Below, in pieces: positions 38,884 through 49,551 of a DNA stretch of 64,000 nucleotides. The notes under the pieces are model-generated. The model was not told where the DNA came from, did no database searches, and saw only the letters and a program-made list of their open reading frames with translations. The stretch is taken from positions 37,606 to 101,605 of the forward strand of contig JAJOJK010000002.1 in the NCBI GenBank assembly GCA_021208605.1. The letters are read 5' to 3'. A program made the translations under genes and the position numbers. How positions within the stretch are numbered: the first letter of the stretch is position 1; each line of letters starts with the position of its first letter. This stretch comes from Candidatus Woesebacteria bacterium (GTDB taxonomy: Bacteria; Patescibacteriota; Microgenomatia; UBA1400; UBA1396).

Positions 38884-39844
38884 GCGTAGACCGGTCTTGT
38901 CTTTGATTATACAGGCGTTGCATGAGTCCTGTCAGTGTCCCAGACAAAACGGCCGTATCCGTCATGAATTGGTACCAGGGGTACAGAAGCCAGGATTGGG
39001 CAAAACGGAATCGGAAACGTCTGCCCTTAATACCAATATAGGCACTGAGAACAAGAAAAAGCGCAAAAACACTCCAAAATACTGAATTGGTGCGCCACAG
39101 CAGAAAAGCGGTCACTGCCAAAAAGAAAAGGTAGCGCATCCACATACTCGCATGTCCCCATCGCCATGTAGCAGCCAGCATGTCGCCACGAGTTAGGTGG
39201 AAAATCATACGCCAGTAGGCAAGCGCGGTTGTTCGCGGTGTCCAGACAACTTCTGCATCTGGCACAAAAACTGATTGGAATCCTTTCAATTCGGCGCGAC
39301 GCGACCACTCAAAATCTTCGGCATAGTTCAGATCATCTCGGAATGGGCCAATTTCTTGCCAGGCAGAAACACGCACCGCCATATTTCGCGTAGCGGGTAA
39401 GGGATGAGTCCCAATTTTTTCTCTCGACACTAACACAAATGCAGACTGAACTTCTTCTGCTGGTGAAGTCTCAGCGCCGCGAGTATAGCCAGAAACCAAT
39501 TGAACACCAGACAGTGAAAATGCGTGAATAATACTTTCGAGCCAAGAGGCAGACAGTTGGCAACCGGCGTCAGTAAAGCATACTACCGTTCCACTCGCTG
39601 CATCGACGGCACGGTTTCTTCCAGTAGATCGAGTAGCACTCCCTGGGATTGAAATAGCCTGTACTTTGATTCCTTTTGGACGCCAATTGTGCGCGACGCC
39701 AAGCGAATCATCACTCGATTCGGCCACAGTAATGACTACTTCATCAGGCAAAACAGTTTGTTTTTCTAAATCGTGCAGCAGTTCTTGCAGCGCAGCGGCG
39801 TCGTTTTTTACCGTTACAATCACTGAGAATCGCTGCTGCTGCAT
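38876..39844 (-). CDS. Glycosyltransferase family 2 with C-terminal TMs
   Basis: FSVIVTVKND, GRN, FTDAGC, AEDFE. Confidence 0.85.
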   Translation of the reverse strand: MQQQRFSVIVTVKNDAAALQELLHDLEKQTVLPDEVVITVAESSDDSLGVAHNWRPKGIKVQAISIPGSATRSTGRNRAVDAASGTVVCFTDAGCQLSASWLESIIHAFSLSGVQLVSGYTRGAETSPAEEVQSAFVLVSREKIGTHPLPATRNMAVRVSAWQEIGPFRDDLNYAEDFEWSRRAELKGFQSVFVPDAEVVWTPRTTALAYWRMIFHLTRGDMLAATWRWGHASMWMRYLFFLAVTAFLLWRTNSVFWSVFALFLVLSAYIGIKGRRFRFRFAQSWLLYPWYQFMTDTAVLSGTLTGLMQRLYNQRQDRSTHA

Positions 39845-39901
39845 ATGCGTAGTATCGCAAACCGTACACTTTTTGTCAGTATCAGGCGATATGGTTGACA
39901 C

Positions 39902-41731
39902 ATGTCGCGATGGCTAATGCGTTTGGGAGTTGTGACCACTGTGTGGTGGAGCATGTGTTTTCTTTGCTCGCCAGCGCTTGCCACGTCTGTCTTCCAGTCT
40001 GATTTTTCTGATTCGATTGCCTGGCAAGAGGTGTTTAACAGCCAGGTTGATGCACCCGACCAGACGTGTCGTGGAGCAGATGGCGAGCACCATTGGTCTG
40101 TCGGAAATGGAGAGGCCAGACTGCAGATTACGCAAAGTGTGCCCTGTAAAGCAGTGATTGTCGCTCAAGAGGATATTCCATGGCCAGAAGTGGCTGATAT
40201 CTCCTTTGATATGGACCTAACGATCGCTGAAATGGACCGAAATCTGCTCATTCGTTGGCAGGACGCCAATAACTATCTTGGTTTTCACCTCTTTGGAAAC
40301 ACAGTGACACTAGAAAAGGTAATTGATGGAAACACGTATGCCGTTTCGCCCCAAGCAGTGTATTTTCATTTCGAAAATTTCAAGACGTACTCCGTTCGTA
40401 TGCACTATGACCAAACCGCTGGAGTAATTCGCCTTTGGTTTGATGACGAGCTGATCTATACCGGTCAGGAGCATTCATCAGACCCACAACTCACCAGAGG
40501 GAAACCCGCCCTCGGCGGCAGTGTTGGCGCGGTCCGTACATCCACAGTAGTTTTTCGTAATTACTCTTTGCAAGATATCGGTGAGGAACTTACGCTCTCT
40601 GTCCCAGCATTCCGCCAAAATAATCCGCTGTGGACCGAAATTGAGTATGACACAGCCAGTAGGTGGACTTCGGAATCACCGACGATCGGCCGCTGGGGTT
40701 GTGCCCTCACTAGCGCCGTGATGGTATTGCGGTATCACGGAATCACCGCTTTGCCAGATGGGCGGAGTATTGACCCTTTGACACTCAACACTTGGCTCCA
40801 CAACCAGCCGGACGGCTATATTTCTCCTGGACTAGTAAACTGGCGCGCTCTTACCCGGCTGACTTGGTGGCACAAAGAAGCATTCGGCACACCGGCACTA
40901 GAAATGCACTCTGAACTGCTGACCGAAAACGCAATAGCGTGGTCAAAAAACTCACTGCAGTCTGCGGTCCCACCGATTTTTGATCATGGCGGTCATTTCA
41001 CTGTCGGGTATGCGTATGGCCCAGGTGAATCTCAGATCCATCTGCATGATCCGTTGGGTGAAAAACAAACACTGCAGGACTATCATAATACTGTGCACTC
41101 GGCTCGTGTCTTTGTGCCAAGTCACACCGATCTGCGCGCAATCTCGTTACTGGTACAACCAGGAACACGCGCCACTTTTGCCAGCAACGATGAACCACTG
41201 CAGATTGAGCCAATACCGCTTTTTGCACTAGAAAGTGCCTCTTCTCTCCCTCTCTACTGGCTGTATGATCTCCCCCAACCGCCTGATTCACTCACTTTCA
41301 CCATCTCCACCCAACTTCCTGCCGATACTCCACAGCTGCTCACCTACGCTCGCGATGGTTCGCTCACAAGTCAAAAAACTTGGCTGCAGACGTCGCACAC
41401 TGACTTCCAAGGTTCCATTTACGCTACCGAAGATACCGTACAGGCAGATTTCTCTCTGCCTCCGCTCAACCAAAGCCAACCTGTTTTCTCGCCGCTCGCT
41501 CTGCATACTTGGCTGTCGTGGGGTGATATTCGTTCTCCTCTCATTACGCAGTTTGTGGCAGAACAGTATGCTCAGTTGCACAATGCTCCGACGCAAACTG
41601 AAGCCGAAGAGATCAGTAATTTCTTTATGGCCAAGCTTACCTCATGGCATCAGTTGAGTTGGATTACAGCGAGCTCCTATCAGGCCCTCACGCTGGCGTG
41701 GCACCAGAGCCTGCTCGATCGCTTCCCCTGA
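39902..41731 (+). CDS. Secreted protein with a beta-sandwich N-domain and a C39-like peptidase domain
   Basis: Signal peptide; FRQ..W, GCALTSAVMV, GHF and HDP catalytic motifs. Confidence 0.78.
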   Translation: MSRWLMRLGVVTTVWWSMCFLCSPALATSVFQSDFSDSIAWQEVFNSQVDAPDQTCRGADGEHHWSVGNGEARLQITQSVPCKAVIVAQEDIPWPEVADISFDMDLTIAEMDRNLLIRWQDANNYLGFHLFGNTVTLEKVIDGNTYAVSPQAVYFHFENFKTYSVRMHYDQTAGVIRLWFDDELIYTGQEHSSDPQLTRGKPALGGSVGAVRTSTVVFRNYSLQDIGEELTLSVPAFRQNNPLWTEIEYDTASRWTSESPTIGRWGCALTSAVMVLRYHGITALPDGRSIDPLTLNTWLHNQPDGYISPGLVNWRALTRLTWWHKEAFGTPALEMHSELLTENAIAWSKNSLQSAVPPIFDHGGHFTVGYAYGPGESQIHLHDPLGEKQTLQDYHNTVHSARVFVPSHTDLRAISLLVQPGTRATFASNDEPLQIEPIPLFALESASSLPLYWLYDLPQPPDSLTFTISTQLPADTPQLLTYARDGSLTSQKTWLQTSHTDFQGSIYATEDTVQADFSLPPLNQSQPVFSPLALHTWLSWGDIRSPLITQFVAEQYAQLHNAPTQTEAEEISNFFMAKLTSWHQLSWITASSYQALTLAWHQSLLDRFP

Positions 41732-41751
41732 GGGAATGATATACTACAGCG

Positions 41752-42878
41752 ATGTTTTCCGGCTTTTGGAATGACTTACCAGCGCAGAGTATTGGCCTCA
41801 GTCCTATGGACGGAGTAACGGACCATCCGTACCGTTTTATCCAAAAGAAATACTCCAATCCAGATGTGATGATGACAGAGTTTACTTCAGCAGAAGGCGT
41901 CAGTCGTAATGCACTGAAACTCTTCCGCGATTTCCGCTTTGATGAAACCCAACGCCCGATTGTGGCGCAAATCTTTGGCAATGAGCCGCGCGCTTTTTAC
42001 ATTACGGCTGTGATTCTTTGTTACTTGGGTTTGACGGCATTGATATCAATATGGGCTGCCCGGCAAAAAGCGTACGCCAACATGGTTCTGGTGCCGCACT
42101 CATTCTCACTCCAGATCTGGCGCAAGAACTGGTCCGTCAAACGCGCCAAGGCATCCATGATTTTGTGAACGGTCTCGAGCTCGAGAGTATTCCCGAACTC
42201 AAACAAAAAACGCGCACCATGATCATGGAGCGGCACCGGGGGTTACCTCCTGAATACCAAGCCCGTCGCGAGATCCCGGTATCGGTAAAAACTCGTGTCG
42301 GTTTTGATGCGCCGGTAATTAAAGACTGGATCGAGACTCTGCTTGAAGTCGAACCAGCGGTAATCTCGGTGCATGGCAGAACGCTCAAGCAACTCTACAG
42401 CGGTTCAGCTAACTGGGACCTGATCGGGCAAGCTGCGGAAGTAGCCAAAAATACACCTACCAAAGTCTTTGGGAATGGCGATGTGCGCACCCCAGAACAA
42501 GCACAAGAGAAATTTGCGCACTACGGAGTTGACGGAATTTTAGTCGGCCGCGCCACGTTCGGAGATCCGTGGCTCATTGGCGAAATGCGTCGCTACCGCG
42601 ACAGTGACTGGAGCGCTGATTTTGAGTATCGCGAACCATCGGTCGAAAATCGCATCAATATTGCCATTGAGCACTCTCGTATCTATGCAGAGACTTACCC
42701 AAATGAACACTTCTTGCCGATGCGCAAACACTTAGCTTGGTATATTAAGGGATTCCCATTTGCCAGTGAGTATCGTGTGCGGTTGATGATGGCGGATTCG
42801 GCTGAAGAGGTAGAGAGTGTTTTGGAAGAGTTTCGTGGCAAACTCAACACTGGCACACCTAACGAAGCTCATCAATAA
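41752..42878 (+). CDS. tRNA-dihydrouridine synthase, split by a 1-nt deletion at about 42030
   Basis: LSPMDGVTD and VAQIFG in the first part; IDINMGCP, SVKTR, VHGRT and GNGD in the second. Adding one T to GGTTTGAC restores LGFDG. Confidence 0.9.
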
Positions 42879-43128
42879 TAAAGGTAGCATCATAGCTTCG
42901 CTCTAGGAGAGCTCTCGACACTTGCCGTTGGTCCATACTAAATGAAATATCGTTGGCATCTGTATAAATACCATCCCCACAATAGGTAATTATCTCACCA
43001 GGCTGCAACTCAAAAAAGCCTTCCTTCGATTGCACTCTTACCCGTCCATTTACCAAAAAATGGCTTCCGGCCATTCTGACAATTTCTTGGTGTGGAATAT
43101 ACTCGTATTCTTCTCGTCCAGTTAACAT
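42859..43128 (-). CDS. Hypothetical 89-aa protein
   Basis: AT-rich ORF divergent from tRNA-Val; no motif. Confidence 0.5.
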   Translation of the reverse strand: MLTGREEYEYIPHQEIVRMAGSHFLVNGRVRVQSKEGFFELQPGEIITYCGDGIYTDANDISFSMDQRQVSRALLERSYDATFIIDELR

Positions 43129-43216
43129 ATAAAACTTACTATAGGAAATAATACACGACTCATATTATTTTCAACATCTCCATTTTCTTGGGAAAGGATG
43201 CTACAATACTTACTTC

Positions 43217-43290
43217 GGCTGATTAGCTCAGTTGGTTAGAGCGTTCGATTCACATTCGAGAGGTCACAGGTTCGAATCCTGTATCAGCCA
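43217..43290 (+). tRNA. tRNA-Val (CAC), CCA not encoded
   Basis: Acceptor GGCTGAT/ATCAGCC, anticodon arm TTCGA-TTCACAT-TCGAG, T-arm ACAGG-TTCGAAT-CCTGT; TGn-TACAAT upstream. Confidence 0.94.
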
Positions 43291-43343
43291 CTTTTTGCAG
43301 ATTTAGTAGATTTTTTTTAACTTATTCGATATAATTCTCGACC

Positions 43344-44096
43344 ATGGCTAAGAATATCAGAGAAACTTCAGAACAAAGATTACGTCGGTATCGAGATGCT
43401 GTTCGTAATTATAACTTTATTTTAAGCGATCTTACCTTTTCACAACGTTTTTCACAGGCGGAACTTGATAACAAGAAAGCCGTGCTCACCTGGACTACTG
43501 AAAACCCAGGTTTATTTCAAGACCTCCTTCTCCCTCGCTTCATACCCGACATTGCTGATACTCTCCAGCATGCTTCAAGCAGGGAGAAGTCTCATATAGA
43601 AACATTCGCCGCCTATATGCTGTACACCTATCTTGTTTTACCGCTTGTCATGGACGGTTTTGGAACCAATGATTCTGCTCGAGATACCTGGGAGAAAACT
43701 GTCCAAAACAACCACATGCTCCTTGGAAAACCGCTCATTGAAGAAAATGCCCTTCGGGTGAACCCAATGACAGATGTATTCGGTTCCGTGGAAATACTCC
43801 TCGACACGCCTGAAAATACTGAGCGAAACGATCAAACTATTTTGCAAAAAGGAAAACTCGCCCCGCATCCTCAACAGGTACTTGGCATGAATACCACGTT
43901 GCAAACGACAATTGCTCAAAACGATTTTTATAAGCAACTTCCACTGGAAGAAAAATTGGCATTTGTTCATAGCGTGCGATACCTCGCTGCGCAAGCACTG
44001 CTCGCCTATACACCACCACGTCTCCACCCAAATTTCCACCCCATGCATCTCATTGAGAGAACATACATGCGCCTGCGAGCCACCAAGATCCGCTAA
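43344..44096 (+). CDS. Hypothetical protein (orphan)
   Basis: 250-aa ORF with TATAAT 8 nt before the ATG; no motif recognised. Confidence 0.72.
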   Translation: MAKNIRETSEQRLRRYRDAVRNYNFILSDLTFSQRFSQAELDNKKAVLTWTTENPGLFQDLLLPRFIPDIADTLQHASSREKSHIETFAAYMLYTYLVLPLVMDGFGTNDSARDTWEKTVQNNHMLLGKPLIEENALRVNPMTDVFGSVEILLDTPENTERNDQTILQKGKLAPHPQQVLGMNTTLQTTIAQNDFYKQLPLEEKLAFVHSVRYLAAQALLAYTPPRLHPNFHPMHLIERTYMRLRATKIR

Positions 44097-44117
44097 GATC
44101 TGTGCTACCATAATTCC

Positions 44118-45068
44118 ATGCACATACTCGTCACTGGCGCCGCTGGCTTTATTGGATCGCATGTGGCGACAGCCTTACTGGAGCGCGGAGACACCGTAGT
44201 TGGCATCGATACTCTCAATGATTACTACAATCCAGCCTGGAAGCAAGCCAATCTGGATCGATTATCAGCATCTGACAACTTCTCTTTCCAAAAAATTGAC
44301 TTTTCTGAACGCGCTGAACTCGAGCCACTCTTTGCTCAAAACTCGTTTGACTGCGTTGTCCACCTTGGCGCTCGTGCCGGCGTGCGCCCATCAATTGTTG
44401 ATCCACTGCTTTACGAAAAAACCAACGTCCAAGGCACGCTGAATATTTTAGAAGCCATGCGCGAACACGGCGTCCAACAGATTGTAGCGGCCTCTTCCAG
44501 CTCGGTGTATGGCAACCAAACCAAGGTTCCCTTTTCAGAATCTGACCCCGCTAACGCCCCGATCAGCCCCTATGCCGCCAGCAAAAAAGCCTTGGAAATG
44601 TACTGCCACACCTACGCGCATTTGTATGGCATCCAAGCCACCTGCTTACGCTTCTTCACCGTCTACGGACCAAACGGCCGCCCCGACATGGCGCCGTATC
44701 TCTTCACGGAAGCTATCTTTACCGGCAAGCCGATCAAAAAATTCGGCACTGGCGAAACCAAGCGTGACTATACTTTCATTGACGACATCGTCGCCGGGGT
44801 TCTCGGCGCCATCGACACGCCCAAGCCATTTGCCATCTATAACTTAGGCAATCACACGCCGGTGAGCCTCAACGAGTTTATTGCCACGCTTGAAGACATT
44901 ATTGGCAAAAAGGCCATCATCGACCAATACCCCATGCAGCCGGGCGATGTAGAGATTACGTATGCCGATGTCACACGCGCGCAAGAAGATTTTGGGTATG
45001 AGCCCAAGACGCCGTTTGCCGAAGGGTTGCGGAGGTTTGTGGAGTGGTATCGGGAAAATCGGTTGTAA
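44118..45068 (+). CDS. NAD-dependent epimerase (UDP-glucuronate 4-epimerase-like)
   Basis: TGAAGFIG, LNDYY, ARAGVR, ASSSSVYG, YAASK, RFFTVYGP.GRPDMA. Confidence 0.92.
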   Translation: MHILVTGAAGFIGSHVATALLERGDTVVGIDTLNDYYNPAWKQANLDRLSASDNFSFQKIDFSERAELEPLFAQNSFDCVVHLGARAGVRPSIVDPLLYEKTNVQGTLNILEAMREHGVQQIVAASSSSVYGNQTKVPFSESDPANAPISPYAASKKALEMYCHTYAHLYGIQATCLRFFTVYGPNGRPDMAPYLFTEAIFTGKPIKKFGTGETKRDYTFIDDIVAGVLGAIDTPKPFAIYNLGNHTPVSLNEFIATLEDIIGKKAIIDQYPMQPGDVEITYADVTRAQEDFGYEPKTPFAEGLRRFVEWYRENRL

Positions 45069-45215
45069 CTATCGATTTCTCTGTGAAAACCAATGAGCAA
45101 TATCCTTTGTAACAGTCGGACCAGCTATCGTCACGGTAAAAAAGAAAAGCAATATGTACGGAGCGTAGTATCCGATATATTCGAGAACTTGAATTAACCA
45201 GTTACCGATAACCAT
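45069..45215 (-). CDS. Single-TM microprotein B1 (48 aa)
   Basis: MVIGNWLIQVLEYIGYYAPYILLFFFTVTIAGPTVTKDIAHWFSQRNR; SD GGAG 6 nt upstream, inside A1. Confidence 0.65.
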   Translation of the reverse strand: MVIGNWLIQVLEYIGYYAPYILLFFFTVTIAGPTVTKDIAHWFSQRNR

Positions 45216-45429
45216 AATTATCTCCATATGTACTGAGATAGTACCACAAAAAGGCACACGCCAGAATATTTATTCCATTTGCAATAACCGGTACCACCTG
45301 TATTCCAAGAACTGAACTCCACGTGATACCAAACGTAATTTGGAGAAGCGCGATTGATAAATCTCGGTAATCACGCTCACCAAGCCAATGCCAGAACCCT
45401 GCCATTCTCCTAAGAAGATTCGCACTCAT
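45202..45429 (-). CDS. Two-TM microprotein A1 (75 aa), paralog of 60314..60496
   Basis: 17/46 ungapped identities to A2; TGn-TAGAGT 7 nt before the ATG. Confidence 0.78.
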   Translation of the reverse strand: MSANLLRRMAGFWHWLGERDYRDLSIALLQITFGITWSSVLGIQVVPVIANGINILACAFLWYYLSTYGDNYGYR

Positions 45430-45489
45430 AGGTTGTACTCTACCACCCAATCTGCACAAAAAAACGCACAACCTGCTATAGTAAAGAGC

Positions 45490-46401
45490 ATGTCAACGCC
45501 GTACATTTCCTTTATCGTGCCAGTCATGAATGAGGAAGAAAACGTGGCTCAACTGCACGCCGAAATTGTGGCTGCAGCCAAAAAGATCAATAAACCCTTT
45601 GAAATCATCTTTATTGACGACGGCTCCTCCGACAACACCTCCGCCGAACTGCAAAAACTCGATCCCATCACCATCCTGCGCATGCGCCGTAACTTTGGTC
45701 AGACCGCTTCCATGGACGCCGGCATCAAAGCCGCCCAAGGCGAGTTTTTGGTCACCCTCGACGGCGATCTGCAAAACGACCCCGCCGATGTACCGCAAAT
45801 GCTGCAAAAACTCCTCGACGAAGATCTCGACGTGGTCTGCGGATGGCGCAAACACCGCCAAGATTCCTGGAGCAAACGCTTTATTTCGCAGGGCGCCCGC
45901 TGGCTGCGTTCCTTCTTGGTGAGTGACGGCGTGCACGATTCCGGCTGCACGCTGCGCGTCTATCGCCAAGAATGCTTTGAAGGCGTCAACCTGCGCGGCG
46001 AAATGCACCGCTTTATTCCCGCTATTTTGAAGTGGCGCGGATTCCAAATTGGCGAAATGGTCACCAACCACCGCGCGCGTATTCATGGCACCACGAAGTA
46101 CAACTTCAAGCGCACGCTCAAAGGCTTTCTCGACATGCTGAGCCTGTGGTTCTTCCAGAAATACTCGGCGAGGCCGCTGCATTTTTTGGGAGGGATTGGA
46201 ATTTTGCTGGCCTTTGGCGGCGTGGCATTGCTTGCTTGGCTCTTCTTTGCCCGCCTTGTCTGGGGCTATAGCCTGAGCGACCGCATCTGGCCCCTGATGG
46301 CTATTTTCTTGATTTTGTTTGGGTTTCAGATGTTTGTGAGTGGGTTGATTATGGATTTGGTGATACAGCAAAAATCTGATAAAAACTACTTTTTAAAGTA
46401 A
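45490..46401 (+). CDS. GT2 polyprenol-phosphate glycosyltransferase (DPM1/ArnC/GtrB-like)
   Basis: PVMNEE, DDGSSD, RNFGQT, DGDLQNDP, GEMHRF, two C-terminal TMs. Confidence 0.92.
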   Translation: MSTPYISFIVPVMNEEENVAQLHAEIVAAAKKINKPFEIIFIDDGSSDNTSAELQKLDPITILRMRRNFGQTASMDAGIKAAQGEFLVTLDGDLQNDPADVPQMLQKLLDEDLDVVCGWRKHRQDSWSKRFISQGARWLRSFLVSDGVHDSGCTLRVYRQECFEGVNLRGEMHRFIPAILKWRGFQIGEMVTNHRARIHGTTKYNFKRTLKGFLDMLSLWFFQKYSARPLHFLGGIGILLAFGGVALLAWLFFARLVWGYSLSDRIWPLMAIFLILFGFQMFVSGLIMDLVIQQKSDKNYFLK

Positions 46402-46408
46402 TACTGGT

Positions 46409-47008
46409 ATGCATCACGCGATCTCTCAGGTAAATCAGGCAGTGAGAGCAGTCACTTTATCTGTTAAGCGTTTTATTTGGAACCTCATGTTTGCTTTGAT
46501 AGTTTTCGTGATGCTTTTAAGTAGCAGCTCTTTACTTTCTTTTCAGGCGCGTCTTCCCCTAAAGTCTTATTATTGGGTACTTCAGTTTGTGAGCCTCATT
46601 ATCGCTTCATGTGTTGCATATTCGGTAGGACAATTTGTTACTAAAAAGAAAAAAAGCACTCTCATTTATTGTGGCCTACTCCTTATTTTTGCTCCGATAA
46701 CCCTTTTGTTATTTATTCAGGGAACAAACACACTTTCCGCAATGAGAGTTCACTCACTCAGTAGCACTTCCTCCATACAAGGCGATTACATTTCTATTAA
46801 TGGACATAATTTTGGCGACGCATGGGAAGCTGGTACAGTTACCGTGGGAGGAACAAACTTTATTATTGTTCGATGGGAAAATGAAAAAGTCGTCATAAAG
46901 CAACCGGTGACAGAACCAGTTGATAACGCTGTTTTGCGCATCTGCAATGCACAAGATATCTGCGACGAATACAAATACTTTACTATTCTGGATCCGAGCA
47001 CTTTATGA
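46409..47008 (+). CDS. Membrane protein with an IPT/TIG-like C-terminal domain
   Basis: Three TMs followed by GDYISINGHNFG...VTVGG...W. Confidence 0.65.
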   Translation: MHHAISQVNQAVRAVTLSVKRFIWNLMFALIVFVMLLSSSSLLSFQARLPLKSYYWVLQFVSLIIASCVAYSVGQFVTKKKKSTLIYCGLLLIFAPITLLLFIQGTNTLSAMRVHSLSSTSSIQGDYISINGHNFGDAWEAGTVTVGGTNFIIVRWENEKVVIKQPVTEPVDNAVLRICNAQDICDEYKYFTILDPSTL

Positions 47009-49551
47009 AAACTCTTTTCTCCTGGATACTCCAAGCACTGTTTCTATTTTCAATACTCATAGCTACTATCTTTGGTATTCAGTTTTTTGTCCCGCATCCA
47101 TACTTCAATCTTCCCCATTTTTTTGCTCTGGCTCCCGCACTTGCTGCATTAGGCTTTATTGCCGTCAATTGGAACAAAATTGACTACCGAGTACTCATTG
47201 AGAAAACTACTGAAAGAGGTATTGCTTTTCTTTTTTCACCACATCTTTTAGCCAGTATCGTTGTACTTACCTTTATATCTGGTTCCATTTCTGTGGCGGA
47301 GCATCATTTTACAATTCACCCACCAAAAAATGTCACCGTTTCTGAAGTGCTCTTAGATGAGAAAAAATCGAAAACAACGCTATATGACGGCGAGTACAGA
47401 TCTTCCCTCGATAACTTTGGCACCCTCCTGGTGACGCTTTCGGATCCAATGCCAAGTAACTTTCTTTTTCGTCTGAAAGAAAAAGACGCTACAGAATGGC
47501 TCTTTGAAACTGAATTTGGCCCAACACAAGAAAAAACACTTCTCCTCGGTTTTCCCAAAGTTGCGTCAAAAGGAAAAAACTATACCTACCAAATAATCCC
47601 AGAATCTGGAGAGGTTTCGATCGAGGCGATTCACCATCGCCATATTTTCTCATTGGCTGATTTCAAAAATAATCCGATTGTATTCGTCGATTTTCTTTCC
47701 AAAAAGGTATTCTTTGAGTCAGAATATATTCTGAATTCGTTTGGGCAGTACAGTGCAGTCACCTTAATATCTTTTGGTCCATTTCTAAGCGCGGCGGCAC
47801 TTCTAGTTATACGTTTACAAAAACGTGTACACCTTACATTTTTTTCTAAAGAGAAGAAAAGCCCTCAAACTACAGATATTAGATTCTTATTACTAGTACT
47901 CTACATAACCATGTTCGCAGCGATATTGAGACTCCTCAATATTTCGCTGCTACCATTTAGTGGCGACGAAGGCCTCTACCCACTGATCACTGACGCCATT
48001 CTTAAAAATGGATTTCCACTTTTGGAATCAGGCCAACTGTACATGCGAGGTTACCTATTCAGCTACCTTACTTCACTGAGTGGATTACTTTTCGGTACTA
48101 ATCACCTTTCTATGCGCTTTGTCTCGTTACTTACTGGTGTTGCGTTCGTGTACTTTTTGACTCAGTACTATAAGAACACAAATAAGGTATTCGCACTAGG
48201 TGTCGGAATATATGTTGCCACCTATCCATATCTTATAGCCTGGTCCACACAGGCGCGACACTACATGATTGGATATTTACTGCTCTTTCTTACACTGGCA
48301 ATCTTGTACCAAAGTACTGTCCAAAAAATATCACGAAAACAACTTGCTGCGTATGCTGGAATTGTGTTTCTAGCGGGATCAAACCTCCTTTTCAGCTATG
48401 CAGTGATCCCTGCTTTCTTGGTGTTTTTGGTACTGAAAGATCGATGGAAGTGGGTAACAAATCTTCCTCTGATTACACTTATTGGCAGCTTTACAGCCGG
48501 TTATCTTTTTAATTACAAAATTCTCAATTTCTATCGCCTACATTTTCTCAAAGGGACCTATGCTGTTCAGTCTTCGAATACGGTAGGAGTCTTTGATGCT
48601 TTCTTACCAACTTTCCATTACTACAGCTCAACTATACTTTTCAGTCACCTCGGAATACTCATGCTTATTGCTGCGCTTGCTGTCTATCTCCTTCAGAAGC
48701 GTCGTACACTAGAAATTACAATACCAAACAAAATTACGCTGATGGGTATTTTTGCCCTCATTAACTTTCTCTTTGGATTCTTGCTGTTTAACCGTTTTGC
48801 CGTAAAGTACTTACTTGGAGTCTATATTGCCTTTGGTATTTTTACTATCTGGATACTGTTCTCTCTTGTCCAAAAACTCTCACTTCCTAAAAAACAGCTT
48901 CCAGTCGTTTTTATTTGCATGCTCTTAATAGGCATTCTTTCATCTCGCACCGTGAAAGACTATGCCAGCCACTACTATTTTGAAAGAAACCGTGTTGGTG
49001 ATATTGAACTCTATTCTAGTAGTACTTTCTCTCAAGCAAAGCTCTATGGAGAGCTTCTTCATAATCCCTATGTGTTTCATGGAGTTACGGCCGTTATTCG
49101 TAGCCCCAGATCTCTCGAAGCACTCGAGTACATCAGGAGCCAAAAACAACCGAATGATATCTACGTAGTAACCGATATTTACAATCTTTGGCACTATGGT
49201 CAATATGACTACATTATGAATGGAACTCTGAGCTCCGAAATGGGGTATATTCCATCTGGAAGTGATCAAGTTCTTTCCATCTACTCCAACACACCTTACA
49301 TACGAAATGCTGACGAACTCACCCAAGTAATAACTCAGATGAAATCAGGTCAGACTATTTGGCTATTCGCTGGCAGACGCTTTAGCGAACACAATGATAC
49401 ACTTTCGATCTACGTTAAAGATATCTTTAAGCAGCGCTTTGTCAGTCAAGTCGACGAAGTTGGCGTACACTCCGGCAGAAGAAATGAACCTATCGTGGTA
49501 TATAGCTACACAAAAAATAAATTACTCTTTTTTCTGGAAAGTATTTCTTAA
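47005..49551 (+). CDS. GT-C fold glycosyltransferase (ArnT/PMT-like)
   Basis: LRL...GDEGLY, SMRFVS..G, WSTQARHY; many TMs. Confidence 0.8.
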   Translation: MKTLFSWILQALFLFSILIATIFGIQFFVPHPYFNLPHFFALAPALAALGFIAVNWNKIDYRVLIEKTTERGIAFLFSPHLLASIVVLTFISGSISVAEHHFTIHPPKNVTVSEVLLDEKKSKTTLYDGEYRSSLDNFGTLLVTLSDPMPSNFLFRLKEKDATEWLFETEFGPTQEKTLLLGFPKVASKGKNYTYQIIPESGEVSIEAIHHRHIFSLADFKNNPIVFVDFLSKKVFFESEYILNSFGQYSAVTLISFGPFLSAAALLVIRLQKRVHLTFFSKEKKSPQTTDIRFLLLVLYITMFAAILRLLNISLLPFSGDEGLYPLITDAILKNGFPLLESGQLYMRGYLFSYLTSLSGLLFGTNHLSMRFVSLLTGVAFVYFLTQYYKNTNKVFALGVGIYVATYPYLIAWSTQARHYMIGYLLLFLTLAILYQSTVQKISRKQLAAYAGIVFLAGSNLLFSYAVIPAFLVFLVLKDRWKWVTNLPLITLIGSFTAGYLFNYKILNFYRLHFLKGTYAVQSSNTVGVFDAFLPTFHYYSSTILFSHLGILMLIAALAVYLLQKRRTLEITIPNKITLMGIFALINFLFGFLLFNRFAVKYLLGVYIAFGIFTIWILFSLVQKLSLPKKQLPVVFICMLLIGILSSRTVKDYASHYYFERNRVGDIELYSSSTFSQAKLYGELLHNPYVFHGVTAVIRSPRSLEALEYIRSQKQPNDIYVVTDIYNLWHYGQYDYIMNGTLSSEMGYIPSGSDQVLSIYSNTPYIRNADELTQVITQMKSGQTIWLFAGRRFSEHNDTLSIYVKDIFKQRFVSQVDEVGVHSGRRNEPIVVYSYTKNKLLFFLESIS

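Noticed and set aside
45069-45471. Single frameshifted membrane-protein pseudogene
   Set aside because: The paralogous copy at 60314-60648 has the same two-ORF layout and internal SD, so two genes are more likely.
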